Shown here one piece after another: positions 25,582 to 41,036 of a DNA stretch of 64,000 nt; position 1 is the first letter of the stretch; each line of letters opens with the position of its first letter. The notes beneath the pieces are model-generated. The model was not told the DNA's origin. It saw nothing but the letters and a program-made list of their open reading frames with translations, and made no database searches. Origin of the DNA: Octopus vulgaris. Lineage: Eukaryota. Location of the stretch: positions 36,146,001-36,210,000 of the forward strand of contig OX597829.1 of assembly GCA_951406725.2 (NCBI GenBank), written 5' to 3'. Both the position numbers and the translations under genes were made by a program.

Positions 25582-27164
25582 TTCAATAAAGTTAAAACCT
25601 GGTCTGGTTTTCACGTTTTTTTTTATTATGGTATTTAGCGTTAAAAAATATATATTTTTTAATGGTCATAAAGTTAAATTAGCGCTTACCCACATAGAGT
25701 AATTATAGAACTCTCCTACTAATAGAAAATATAGCATACAACGAGCAAAAGAGATACCGATAGTATAACTTAGGGCAACACGAAAAAGACGAAGCCATGA
25801 ACGGAACACAATTCCATTTCCAGTAACACACAATCCGCATCACCAAAACATTTTTAACATCATCAAAACAAATTTGCCAGTCATAAATCAAAGGGGAAAA
25901 TTATAAAATTTTCGTACTACTTGGTTACGAAGCAAACTTCTTACTACACTGCGACACCTGTTCCTATGTGTATGTATGAATGTATGGACTGATGCGTATG
26001 TTTTAGAGTGGGTATGTCCCCATCCTACACATATATATATATGTATGTATATGTATATGTATATATGTATATATATAACGAAGTAATGAGAGAGGGATAG
26101 ATAGATGTACACAGATGTTGCGAGTGAAAAGAAGACACGAACTCAGAAGACAAGAAGAGAAATTCGCCTCAACTTATGCATGTTCATTGTACTCTCATCT
26201 GTCAAAATTCTGTGTGAACCCAAAAGTGTAACACTATATTTGAAAACGATATTTTTAAAAATTGATTTTTTTTAATTTTTGGATTGTATTCTTAAAACTC
26301 TTCTTGTTTTTATGAGTATCACAAATATCGATATTTTTAGTAAGAAACAAAAATTAAAGCAGTGATTGAGTAGTTTAGTTTCTGAATGTCGTGTAATGAA
26401 GCAAAGGGAAAACAATTTAATATCTTTTTAAAAAGTTCATTTTTCAATTTGTAATAAATTGAAAGATATATAAGATATATTTTCTTAATATTTTCTGCCA
26501 ATCTGTTGTTTAGTTTTATTAGTTTTTTTAGAGCATTTACATCGATGCTGATGTAATCTTTTCTATATTACCTAGACAATTTTTTGCACAATTATTTTTA
26601 TATTTCTTTTAGAAGAAGAATTTTTGACGCTTCGGAAGTTCTCACTTTGGCAGGAATTTTTTTCTTTCCTCTTAGTCCACAATGGCGCGGGAATTGGAAT
26701 CGCTCCTACTAAGCCTATTATATTTATATATAACAATATTGATTTATTTTACAACGCGGAAATCAGAGCTGTTGATGTTTTTTCTTCTGATAGATGTTGC
26801 AGATCTAGCACTACACTATACAACGTAACCTTCCATTCTTTTAAGACAGTAATGTTGTAATTTCAGGTAAATTCGGCTGTTACTTCTAAACCCCGTGGTA
26901 GTATCAGATGCACTGCTCATGTTCGATTAAATCATCATCACTGTAATATCTGATGTTTCTATTCATTAAATCTAGAATCATGAAATATAATGCCTGCTAC
27001 ATCAATACTTGTTCCCGTGCCAGGTTTTAGCAGCACATTGTTAATAGCATTTGAAAATTCTTTTCTAATCTAAACAATATTGTTAGCCTGGTGTACTGAC
27101 AGAGAGCTTATAAAGTATTTTCTCAAGACTGATAATGCCGCCAAGAACTCTGCTATATATATAT

Positions 27165-27281
<117 letters not shown>

Positions 27282-27377
27282 ATCCAAACAAGAAAACAGA
27301 AAAAAAGAGAAAAAAACACAGCAACGCAGGACGTGAAACAATTAAAGTATTATTGACGCTCAGGAAAGAAGGGAAAC

Positions 27378-27494
<117 letters not shown>

Positions 27495-28776
27495 CATTTA
27501 TATATTTAAAGATTATGATGGTAGCCTGCTTGCTACTGCTTTTCTTAATTTCAATACGAAATCATATCTCTGGTAAAATATCACTTTTCTTTTGGTACTT
27601 ATTTCATTCACACTCGGAAGGAGGAAGCGATCTAGAAAGAAATCAAAAGAATGCCGGTAAAGTATTTAGGGGTCGTTCTATCACTCATATCAACCCACAG
27701 TATTTTAAATTGAAATAAACCATAACTCATTTGAAACAAGAGAAACAGACGATTGTGAGTTCTGGGCGGTTGCGGTTTTTTAACGAGAAGTTTGTGTTAT
27801 TTCGTCTTATAGAAAAAGTCAAAGAAAAGTTAACCGTGTTAGATTAACATTTTCCAGAAGAATGGAAATTATTCATGCATTTAAGGTTTCAGAACCGCCA
27901 TGTATACTTTATGGCGTTTTGAATACCTTTGTTTAGTAAATCTCTTGTCATCGTATTAAAAATTTAAATGTTGATGTTCATTTCCATAGCTGTAATATGT
28001 GAGACAGTGTATCAGCTATACTATAAAAGTTGGTATAAAGTTACTACAGTTTTCGCGAGTAATGTTGGTATTGAGGATGTATGCACTTTAATTCTTTGCG
28101 AAGAAATGTTAATGCATTATAGATAAGAAAAATATGAGCATATACTAATTTTCGTAAGTTTGTAAAGCTTATCTTCTTGTAAAAGCTAGTTAATAAGTAT
28201 TTTCTCTAAGTTTGACTTGCTTCTCAGCCTGTTATTGTTGATATAGTTCAGCTGCAGTGTATTATAAGGGTAGAGAGAAAATAAGTCAAATATATTCCCG
28301 TTGAAAGTGTTTCATGTGTAATAAGAAAAAAATTAAAACTGATTTTGAGGTATGAGTGAAAAATAGCCTAAGTGCAGGAAGTAAAGTTAATAACAATTTG
28401 GCGATACTAATATCTGAGTGAAACTTAGTGAATGCATTCCCTTTGTTGAACCCAGATACAGATATAGCCAAAATCACATTGAGCTCAATTAATCGAAGCT
28501 TTTCAATTAATTATAGTACGTAAAGGAAACTCTGCCTACGAGTAGTTACAATACAGAACTGTCCCCCGATAGATTTTCACTCAACCACTTTAAATGGGTG
28601 ATTTGTTCAGTGAGTGGATATGATCTTTAAGGGTGAAATGCTGAATTAAAATTATCTCGGTATTGATTTTCATTCTGAATTATGACCAAACATAATGTAG
28701 TCCGATCCATTCACCTCTTCTTCATTGTCTCTCCACAAGACTGACCACATGCGTGCGTGCACACACACACACACAT

Positions 28777-28828
<52 letters not shown>

Positions 28829-30520
28829 ATATATATATACGCATATGCATGAGTATATGTATACATTTATCTACCAGAAACACACTCGTATACAAGCACA
28901 CAATCCGCATACATATAATTTTTTCCTCAAGAAGTATTTCATGACAAAGAAATATAAATGTATCACTAGAGCGACGTTCATAGAAAAACAAGTAGGCAGA
29001 ACAAAATAGAGAAAGACACAGATTTCGAGCGATACTAGCAGAAACAGAAATACTACAAATGAAGGTGGGGGGGGGAGTGTTAGGAATTATTATATTCTGT
29101 CTTGCTATTTTTTACACGTATATGAAGACTTATATTCAATTTTCTTGTCCCCGTTTAGTTATTCGTAAATTCATTTTCATGGTCAGAAAAATCAATCCAT
29201 AATTCACCCAAATCTATTTTACTTTTTGTTGCTATAAATATTCAGTTTTCTTTAATACGAATTCAATATTGACTATCATTTTGTCTTATAGACAAGTGTT
29301 TTAAATATTTCGTATAATCATTAGCACTCCGTGAACTTCAATTAATCTTCCAGCAAATCCCTTTTAAAACAATTCTTCTATCATTATTTATTTATAATAT
29401 TTTTGCTTTATTAGTATTTAGTATTTACGCATTCATTTTGCTTTCTGTTTTTCTTGCTAATTTGCCGTTGTTAATGAGTTTTTTTTTTAAGATTCCATCA
29501 TAAAACTTAATTATCATCTCATACAGTATTGTTAATGACAAGCCTAGAAGCTGAACTAGCTTCCAGCTTTCCTTATTGTTCCCCCAAACTACTCACCAAC
29601 AGCTCCTCTCTCGCTCTCTTTCTCTCTCCATCCCCTTTCTTTCTATCTATCTATCTATTTATCTGCCCGTCTTTTTCTCATTCCCTTTCTTGCTCTTAAT
29701 GAAGACTCCTTCTAAACAATTCTGCTACTTCCAGCAGTTTATAGAACAGAACAAGCTCATTGATTTATTATTGTTTTGTTTTCCCTAACTTTCTGGAGAT
29801 TAGGCAATAAGGTAAAACCTATTTTACCCGTCAAGCAATAAAAAAAAAAAATTAGAGTAACTTGTGAAAAAGTGAAATGAAAATTAATTAAAAATGTATG
29901 TATGGTATACAAATTTTTTTTTTCTAAAAGATGACTCATCTAAATATTTTTGTATGTTTATGAAATTTTTTATGTTTATGAATATCAATTAGCTATTCAC
30001 CTTGCTATAATCGTATCTCCTTATGAAAATGTGGTTGATATTTTTCCAAAATGCATTACTGCTGTATGTCTCTTTCTTTTCATGCAATACAATGGAAAGA
30101 TATAGTCTCTTATTCAAGCACTTGGTTCATACAGTGCCCTTCTTCGATCTTTTCTTTTTTTTTTTTTTTTTTCGCCCGCGTTAAATATAGAGACAAAATA
30201 ACGGCATCTGTATTGTTGTCGTAATGAAATAAGTTCGTTCGGCAAAATTTTTTACGTCATAACTATTACATTCAAAGCCAAGAGTATTAAAAAAACTATT
30301 CAAAACTGTAGTTAAGAGAAAATACCTCGAGAGGCTTTTCTGCTTACTAAATAAAAATACTGTAGGAGCCGAGCCGTATTTTCAATAAGTTGAAAAGTTT
30401 CCAACAACATTTTCTAGAAAGTTCTGAATCTAAAAACATGAAAGAAGGGAAATAACACTAACAAGACAAGTTGATCAGATGTTTCCTTCTTTTTTTTTTT
30501 TTATTTTTTTTAACAATATA

Positions 30521-30753
30521 TATTTCTTTACTACCCACAAGGGGCTAAACATAGAGGGGACAAACAAGGACAGACAAGGGGATTAAGGCGATTACATCGA
30601 CCCCAGAACGTAACTGGTACTTATTTTATTGACCCCGAAAGGATGAAAGGCAAAGTCGACCTCGGCGGAATTTGAACCCAGAACACGTAACGGCAGACGA
30701 AATACGGCTACGCATTTCGCCCGGCGTGCTAACGATTCTGCCAGCTCGCCGCC
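30521..30753 (-). mobile_element. SINE family B, young full-length copy with about 16-bp TSD
   Basis: Flanked by TTTTTTTAACAATATA at 30505-30520 and 30754-30769; near-identical to 17166-17403. Confidence 0.92.
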
Positions 30754-30890
30754 TTTTTTTAACAATATAGGCAATGCGTATCGCAGTAGTACTGATATTT
30801 GAAATCAACTGGCAAAAGTTATTGACACATTTCGGTTTTATTAAAACGCCTTAGTAAAACAGTTTTATTCAGTTAGCAATACGAAGAGCG

Positions 30891-30976
<86 letters not shown>

Positions 30977-30985
30977 GTGTGTGTT
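30891..30985. repeat. (TG)n microsatellite
   Basis: Direct reading. Confidence 0.97.
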
Positions 30986-31085
30986 GTACATATACACACA
31001 CTTATGCACGCACACACACAGGTGCATGCACGCCTACATCATCTCCCTTTCTCCCACCCTCTCCACCCTCTCTTTGTCTGTCTGT

Positions 31086-31123
<38 letters not shown>

Positions 31124-33094
31124 ATATATATATTATTGTTTTGATTCTTACTGTTCTATGTACTCGTAATAATTTAATATGAACTTGATAGGCCTTAGCA
31201 TACATCGTCAAATATATTGTTGGCTAATTTCTATTGAAAAAAAATTTGCTTATGTCAAGCTCGAAATGACGGTGTTATTTTCATAACTAAGAAGGCGCAT
31301 CGACGCTGATACACCAGTGTCCGATAGTCTACTGATTCCACTTAAAGCAAGTGTGTTGTTTACACACATCGTCTATAGGGAGAAGTCATTATGTTATGTA
31401 CCTTATCGTAATCTGAATCTTAATACCAGTTATTCGAAATTTGTCATTTCACATAAATTGTTGACAACACACAAAAGATTATTACATCGCCAACTGTCGT
31501 CAGCATTTGTGGGATCTGAACTTGGCACATGAACAGAGTAATTGCATGCAATGATGAACTTTTGTCTAATGCTCAACCGATGTTTTAATACGGCAACTTC
31601 TCTGTTTATATTGCTATAAAATTTAAACAATACAGTATGAGATACTGTAATGTTCGTATATTTTAAAAACTTCCCTAACATAAGCAAATTGATTTTGTTT
31701 CATGAAGTAATCGAAGCCATATCACAGACGTGACTCTACATAATTTTTATCTCTTATCCATTGATATTAGCAATGCAAGAATTAAACAGTTAAATTTGAT
31801 ATTCTTTAAACATATTTCATAAACTGCCATAGGTTCAATCACGTCTATATACTAATGCCTCATAATTCCAAAAAGTAATACAATATTATTTTACTAACAG
31901 AAGCTATGAGTATTTAACAGAATTAAGGAGAATTCTTTGCAAAACTCAAACGAAAATATGTCCATATTCTTATAGTTTCTATAATTTAGTATTAGGAAAT
32001 ATGGTTTTCAAACCGCATTGTTTGATGTTATTATTAAAGATATTTTTAAAAGCATGGAATATGGAAATTAGAAACGCATTTGGTTAACTGATAATTTCAT
32101 ACTTTCAGTCATGTTGAATTATTATTAGTATTAAATAATGACCGATCAAGTGATCGTATCTTGTGACTGATTTTTAAGAAATATTCATTTCCAAGTTGTC
32201 ATAATATTTTCTGTAAATAGACATGAAATAGAGATGTGGCAGGGGACGCTTAAGCAGGGGACGCTTAATGTTAATGCTTTCACTAGCGTACACGATTTAT
32301 TTGGATTTCTCTTAATGACTTGTTGCTATAATAAAACTTCCTACACCATTCTTCGTCTGAATATTATTACGATCTCGACGCTACTATGAATGATTAAAAA
32401 AAATACCTTTTGTTATTTATTACGCACACCCAACCATTTACTTCAATTTCTGTAAGTTACAGTAATAGTAATTGCCGTTATCAAAAGAAAAAACAACTAA
32501 TTTTCCAAATTAAACGCTTATTCTTCACCTGATGCCATTGGCGGCAACATAGAAAAGACAAAGACTACGATTGTCGATACAGTTCTTTGAAGAAAGAAAT
32601 TTAAATCTCTAAATTATATGTAGTATTATTAGAAATTCCATATGAAAAATATCCTTATGACCTTAAAATGGATTTAATTCAAGGCTCAAAGATATCTGTT
32701 AATTACTTCTTTTGTTTTTAAATCTATGAAACATTGAATTTACTAATCAATTATAATGTCTCTGGGAGGTCTCAAATTAATTAAGCAACATTTCCGCCCA
32801 TGATGCTGAAATCGTTTCAACAATCTCTACCTGATTGTAATCTCAGAAACTCAATTAGTCCTATATGCTGACAAAGGAAAACGTGAATTGTAGACAATAA
32901 TGTTGCGTTACGTTATTTCAACCACATTATATACTATTGAAGATTATACGAAGAGTTTGAACTCTTGATGATTTGGATTCTCCCAATGATTTTTCATTCA
33001 GATACATAATGTTCAACCATCATTACTATCACCGTTATTTTAAATATTATCAATATTATTATTGTTTGGGGTGAAGGCTAATATTACTGTTATT

Positions 33095-33230
33095 GTTATC
33101 AGACATTGCAGTATTTAGTTAAGTGTCTTTACGCTCTGTGTTCAAACACTATCGGCGTCAAATTTGCTTTACATCCCTCTCAGATAGGTACAAAGGCTAG
33201 TAATAAGTAATTAGTCAATGTGTGGTAGAT
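33095..33230 (+). mobile_element. SINE family B, highly diverged copy
   Basis: CAGTATTT...GTCTTTACGCTCTGTGTTCAAA...GTCAAATTTGCTTTACATCC; runs into (ATC)n(ATT)n. Confidence 0.5.
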
Positions 33231-33246
33231 ATCATCATCATCATCA

Positions 33247-33340
<94 letters not shown>

Positions 33341-33348
33341 CATTATTA

Positions 33349-35515
33349 TATGAAAACACACAGCTTATATTGCTGGGTATGATGGAAAGTATCAGCTGTC
33401 CACAGCCAGCAGACTAAGGTGATACTTGTTTACTGGTCATGCTTCAAGAATCCTGTGACGAATTCTTGCAGTCCCAAGCAATGTTGATTTTTATAGGTAT
33501 TCTACCTTCACACTTGCACCAATCTTTTTCAGCCATGTTGTTAGTTGAGTGCTGATACTTCTAAGTGCATCAATTACTTTGGTATCTCTTTCACTCTCTT
33601 CATTGACCACAACCTTCGTACTTCCCACTTCAAATCTTCATAGTTGTATACTGTTTCTTCTTTCACATTGATCCTGTAGTCACCAGGGCATGCTATTTCG
33701 ATTATCATACACGTTCTTTCTTTTTTATTCACCATAAAAATGTCCTGTTTCCTACGTCTAGGCAGGTAAACGCACTAGATCATTACACCCTGCAGGATTT
33801 TGGAGTTCTCATTTTCAGTGACTCCTTCTGGGGTTTTCTCATACCACGTCTTTGCTTTTTATATGCCGTGATTTCCACAGAGCCCCCAACGGATCATTCT
33901 TGTCACATTGTCATAGCGTCGTTTGTATTCGCGTTATGCCAATTTCGGGCATTCGCTAACGATGTGCCAAACCGTTACACCCCTCTCACCACACATTCTG
34001 CATTTGTCACTATCGGTAGTGTTGTCAGTTCTGCACTTCATATAATTGGTCCTTAGCGCTTGTTCCTGAGCTGCACATATGAGTGCCTCTGTTTATTTTC
34101 AGGTCACTCCTCATCATCCAAAGCCACTGATCCTCTGTATCAGTCTTAGCGTTCACATCTCTTGCAAATTGACCGTACATATTTTCCTTCCATGCTTTTT
34201 CTTTGTTTTCTTTTTTTTTTTTCATTTCTTGTTTAAATTTTTCTTTCGTTACACAATTTTCAGTTTTGATGACGCCGATCTTCGTGTGTTTCAACAGTGG
34301 CTCAACGGCATGCTTTACATACCACACTAGGCTGCTTTCTTCTGCCTCGATACAGTCCTGGCAACTGATCAAACCTCTCCCACCCTATCTTAGGGATGAG
34401 TACAGCCTATCAATGTCACTCTTAGGGTGGAAGGCTCCGTGTACTGTCAGCATCTTTCCGGTCTTGGTATCCATTTTCTTCATTTCTCTCTTTTGCCATA
34501 TTATAATTCCCGCTCTATACCGAGGTGATGGTATTATCCACTTGGATTTTATTCCATCCAGTCAATTTTGAGCTCAATATTGAGCTCAATTTTGAGCTCA
34601 GTCTTCTGAAATACTCCATCTTCAGTTGCTCTTTCATTTCCTTTTCCATTATCTCGTTGTACTCTACTATGCCAAGGTATCTGTATCCTTCCGTTTCAAT
34701 TTGCTTAATCAAGTCTCTATTCAGTAATTCTATCCCTGCTAAGGACTGTACGTTGCCTCTTTTTAGATAGATTATTTCGCACTTCTTAAGTTCAAATTCC
34801 ATTCTAATATCAGTACTAAAATAGTGGACCGTGTTCACCAGGGAACTCACTTGTGTCTCATCTTTGCCATACAGTCTCAAATCACATATGAAGAGGAGGT
34901 GGTTGATTGCCTGGGATTTTCGTTTTAGTTGGTACCCCAGGTTCATTTTCCTGAGTACAAAGGTCATAAGTATCATGCAGAGAAAGAAAAGCAACAGAGA
35001 TAGGGTATAACCCTGGAAAATCCCTCTTCTGATACCCAGGGTACCCAAACATTTTCCGTAAGATGTCAGTTTAGTTTACCATCCCACCATACTTCTCTTC
35101 AGGAAACACGTTACATTTCTCACAGTTCCAAAGAGATCTAAGCACTCGATGGTCCACGAATGCGGAATCATATCATAAGCCCGGGATTTGTACTTCTCCA
35201 TTGATCAATGCATTAAATTGCTCTGTGATGAATTTATGGCAACTACTGAACTTTTTATCCAAATTCGCTGGGCATAAAATGTTGTTTGCTTCAGGCTGCA
35301 GAGCCGTTCAGCTGTAGTATTATGTTGTTCTTCCTTACTTCATACTTTACCCCAGACAAGTCGACTTTCATCAGCATCAGGGATTAATCTTTCCCGTTTT
35401 TTATCATCATTAATCTCTTGATAAAATCTTTTGGGGTCGGTTCTAAACAATTTGTTTTGCCGGTATTGCTCAATCCGTTGTTCAAACTTAGTCAATGAAA
35501 TAATATTGTAAAATT
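33349..35515 (-). mobile_element. R4/Dong-clade non-LTR retrotransposon (RT plus restriction-like endonuclease), 5'-truncated, internally deleted pseudogene
   Basis: RIEQYRQNKLFRTDPKRFY; AYDMIPHSW; IRRGIFQG.TLS.LLF; HLLFICDLRLY (degenerate Y/FxDD); YRYLGI; MYGQF; RHD-type Zn knuckle; IIEIACPGD; LLGTARI..RILEA*. A short 3' UTR then runs into (AAT)n at 33250-33348. Confidence 0.92.
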
Positions 35516-35584
35516 CCGGTATGTATATATATACACTTACAAATGCATATGCGATATATATACATACACACACACACACACACT

Positions 35585-35644
<60 letters not shown>

Positions 35645-35880
35645 AATATTTGTGTGCATGTGTGTATATGTCTGTATGCATTATGTGAAACATAATTCGT
35701 TTGATTTTAATTTCTTCGACTCGAACTCTTAGATATTTTGAGATGTTTCACCTACTTTTCTTTGCAATATCATTAGCTGTTCCAATTTTGCGTATAAAAT
35801 TCTGGTTTTAACTTCTCTTTTTGTCTTTCTTTCTGTTATACGTCTCTTCTCGTATGCACACACGCACACACACACACACA

Positions 35881-35936
<56 letters not shown>

Positions 35937-37091
35937 TACAAGATTAATTTCCACAGCCGAGTAATGGTGAATTTAAAATGACTTTTAATTAAATCTTCAT
36001 TTTATATTTTTGCAATCTCTAGTTATAAATCTGATTAATTTCAAAAGAAACCTCTCTTCGAATTGGTACAAATACCCTATAGTTTTTGAAAATATTAGCT
36101 GCGTGTGTCAAATATTTTGCTTTTAATGGAACTTTGTCAGAGTTAAGAATTGGTGCAGTTTTCGTAACCAGCTCAAATTTTTATAACTTCTTGCAGACAC
36201 CAGCATTTTATTTTATCAACTGATAATATTTGTTTTCAGTTCGAATTCTCTGAGTAGAAGCGATCTTCTAATGATTGTGACTTGTGAATGTATGTCCCAA
36301 ATTTTATTTTCTTTATTTTCTTGTAAAACTCAAACTGTGCAACTAACTAAAACATAATTTAAGTCACATTCTTACTATTTTAGACGTATCAAAATCAAGA
36401 ATTCTCTTTCGAAATCGTTTCAATTGAACCATTTGTAAAATAAGAGTCCCTACAAGTTGAAGAATGATATAAAGACATATAAACTGGATCATGATGTAGC
36501 TCCGATTTTCGATTACAAATGCTTTATTTACGTTCTTAAAGTTCTTTGGGGAAATGATTAATGTTTAAAAGGTTCAAATATACTTATAATTTCAGATTTC
36601 TTAATCCTTGTATCAGTAGATGTAATTACAACTCTAGTCCAATATTATGTAAACCATAAAGATATTGTCACAAATTCTTAATAGGCTAACTCAATTTAGA
36701 ATCAGATTTGTACTTAGTAAATATGAACCAGTATACTATAATTGCTTTGTGGGCAGCACTTAGCAATAAAATTATGAAAGCAGTGTTGAAGAAGAACAAA
36801 ATCAAATCTAAGTAGTAGAGTTCAAAACTACACCCACGCCACTACAATTCAATTCTATTGTCAGGACAAAAATCCTACTAGAAATCGGTTCTTCTCTAAA
36901 ATACTTTCCATAATTTATCAGTACAAGTCAAGTATTGCAGAACCTTCAAGAATGTGCCCAGAATGGATTTCTTAAGGAAATATTTATATTCTTCAATTCC
37001 GTTTATACGTCCATCTATTTTTATAGTCTTCTCTCTCCCTCCCTCTCCCTCTCGTTCTCTGTCTCTCTCTCGTTCTTTCTCTCTCTCTCGC

Positions 37092-37127
<36 letters not shown>

Positions 37128-37187
37128 GCTCTTTGTATGTACACACACACATATATATATACATATATATAAATTATATATTATATA

Positions 37188-37503
37188 TCAGCGTGATCAC
37201 CGTGACCGACTAGGCTATCAGATATTGCTACACATCGCTGGTCACAATGCGCTCCGCATTGTTTTAACCTTCAAATGACGTCCCCCCCCTTCGCTGGCTA
37301 AGCGAGCATGCCAACAGAAGAAAGAGCGAGAGAAAGTTGTGGCGAAAGAGTACAGCAGGGATCGCCACCACCCCCTGCCGGAGCCTCGTGGAGCTTTAGG
37401 TGCTTTAGCTCAATAAACACTCACAACGCCCGGTCTGGGAATCGAAACCACTATCCTACGACCGCGAGTCCGCTGCCCTAACCACTGGGCCATTGCGCAT
37501 CCA
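37188..37503 (-). mobile_element. SINE family D, full-length tRNA-derived SINE
   Basis: Reverse complement starts GCGCAATGGCCCAGTGGTTAGGGCAGCGGACTCGCGGTCG...GGTTTCGATTCCCAGACCGGGCG (A and B boxes); GC-rich body flanked by microsatellites. Confidence 0.85.
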
Positions 37504-37522
37504 CACACACACACACACATGT

Positions 37523-37624
<102 letters not shown>

Positions 37625-37837
37625 ATCTGTCTATCTGTCTGTTTGTCTTTCTTTCTGTCTTAGCTCTCTATATCCAGAAACATGCATAGTAGCAAAAGCT
37701 CACATGTGTGCTGGATATGCCTGCGTATGCATGTATGTGTCGTGATATAGCCATTTCTGCGTAAATGTGAGTTTGTGTATACACATTCAAACATATGCAT
37801 ATGCATATATATATATACACACACATATATATTTTTC

Positions 37838-37875
<38 letters not shown>

Positions 37876-38101
37876 AATAGAGAAAGAGAAAGCGAGAGAG
37901 GGGATTGAGAGAGGGTGAAGAAAAAACGGAAAAGATACAGTCGTAGGCCATGTACAATGATGACAAAGAAGCGTCGCAACGTAAGTATATTTGCGTAGAT
38001 ACCCATATCTACGTCTCAGCAACTCCGTTCCAACTGCATGTGGAGTTGCATATCCGTATTTTAAAGGTGTCCATATGATTCTACATAAGATTTATGAAAT
38101 A

Positions 38102-38499
38102 CTAGCAGTATCGCCCGGCGTTGCTCGGGTTTGTAAGGGAAATAACTATATAAGCATTTTTAGAGAGTTATAGCCAAAAAATAGCAAAAAATGCATTAAA
38201 AATGGAAAAAAAATTATGGTAAATTTTTTTTTAAATCGTTGACTCATCGTAGACATTTTTAGAGAGTTACTTCCCTTATATAATAGCGAAAAAAATGCAT
38301 TAAAATGGGAAAAAATTATGGTAAATTTTTTTTTAAATCGTAGACTCATCGTAGACGCGCGCTAATACCCAGAAGGGCTCGATATTAATCACGACTATAA
38401 GATACCCGGTTTTGGTTAAACTGCACCGCAAAATGTGGGAGTAGTTAGGAATCTAAATCGTAGGAGACAGACACACAACTTCACTTTTATATATAAAGT
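38102..38499 (-). mobile_element. Non-autonomous Helitron
   Basis: Minus strand ends with hairpin CCCGAGCAACGCCGGG about 10 nt before CTAG followed by T. The 5' end reads (A)CTTTATATATAAAAG, with the expected TC mutated. No TSD; internal tandem duplication of about 100 bp. Confidence 0.8.
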
Positions 38500-39034
38500 T
38501 GTATCGATCGTTTTATATAGAACTGTATGCACATATTCAAATATGTTTGCATATGTTTGTAGATGTATACTTATACACATATACAAATACAAATACATTT
38601 ACAAATACGGATACAAATACACATACGTGCGTGCGTGCATGCATGCATGCGTGCGTGTGTATGTGTGCTCCTTTTGTGAATGCAGTTACATCACTCTATG
38701 ACGAAGTGTAGAAGCGAAATGGAATAATAACACAAGTAAATATATAACCCGCGGCTGAAATGTCACTTCATTCGTCTATTATGCGAGCTGAAATTACGAA
38801 GTAGCAGCAACAACAACAACAACTGTAACGACTACTAACAATGACACACACTGACAATGATAATAGCGATGAGTATGGTGTTAAACGATGACACGAAAAG
38901 TCTACATCGATAGATTATTTACTCCGATCGGCTGCTTTAAAACTTTTTTACTGTTTTATACGGAAGCTTTGATGCATTCTCTGTGATTCATAAGTACAAT
39001 TAATAAAACAATGACAAACTATAAAGAAAATTAA

Positions 39035-39556
<522 letters not shown>

Positions 39557-39889
39557 TTTTGTCTCTGTTGCCGTACACATTCGCTAGCTTTCTTACAAAA
39601 AAATCTAATGCTCTTAGCTTAGACTTTTGCAGGAGCAGCCAGATCGAACTGTCTCAAGTATAACTGCCCGAAACAGTAAGGACATCTGGTAACTTGACTG
39701 AAGAAAGAAAGCCACGAATGACCCGGCTATTTTCCCTCCTATCCTTCTAATTGTTGTTTATCCTGTCCACCTTTTTATCATCTATCTGTCCGAATATTTT
39801 ATTGTCCTCTATTGCGTTTTTCTTCCATTTTTTTAAATATTTATATATGCATATAGTGGCGTACGTGCACACTTGTAATGACCTTAGAG

Positions 39890-40192
<303 letters not shown>

Positions 40193-40555
40193 TTTTGGAC
40201 TAATAGGCATAAGTGAGTTAGCGTCTTTAAGTGTTGAATAGAACACTGGCACAGTTTAGGCTACCTGTTATCATCTGCAGTCGTGGTATATTCCCGGTGG
40301 ATCTACGTCAAGAACTCCGCAATGTCAGTTGGGGTAATTATATAAAGTATCGAGAAGATCTTTCGTGAGACAAAACATTATCAGTGGGTGTACCTGATGA
40401 AACGCAGACAGCAAAATCGATGCAACGCAACATGTTGAACAGGATCCAACACATAAAGGACAATAGCAGGATGGGTCGAAACGAAAGTTGTACAGAATGA
40501 AGTTGAATGATAAATACATCTTCTCGTTACTTCATATAATTATATATATATATAT

Positions 40556-40772
40556 ATTTACTTGTTTCAGTCATTTGATTGTGGCCATGCTGAAGTAACG
40601 CCTTTAGTCGAACAAATCGACCCCAGACTTATTCTTCATAAGCCTAGAACTTATTCAATTGGTCCCTTGTGCCGAACCGCTAGGTTAAGGGGTCGTAAAC
40701 ACATCAACATCGCTGTTGGGTGATGATGGGAGGACAAACACAGATACACACGCGCAAACACACATACTCACA

Positions 40773-40811
<39 letters not shown>

Positions 40812-40950
40812 GACGGTCTTCTTTCAGTTTCCGTCTATCAAATTCACTCACAAGGCACTGGTTGGCACGAGGTTATAGTAGAATACACCCAATATGTCAC
40901 ACAGTGGGAGTGAACCCTTGACCATGTGGTTGAGAAGTACGCTTCTTATC
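40556..40950 (-). mobile_element. SINE family A copy
   Basis: CTTGTTTCAGTCATTTGATTGTGGCCATGCTG...GCCGAACCGCTA...CTTCTTTCAGTTTCCGTCT...ACCATGTGGTTG. Confidence 0.87.
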
Positions 40951-40958
40951 TATCTATC

Positions 40959-41036
<78 letters not shown>

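Noticed and set aside
37420-37503. tRNA gene
   Set aside because: The A/B boxes belong to a SINE head that continues into a SINE body; no convincing acceptor stem or terminator.
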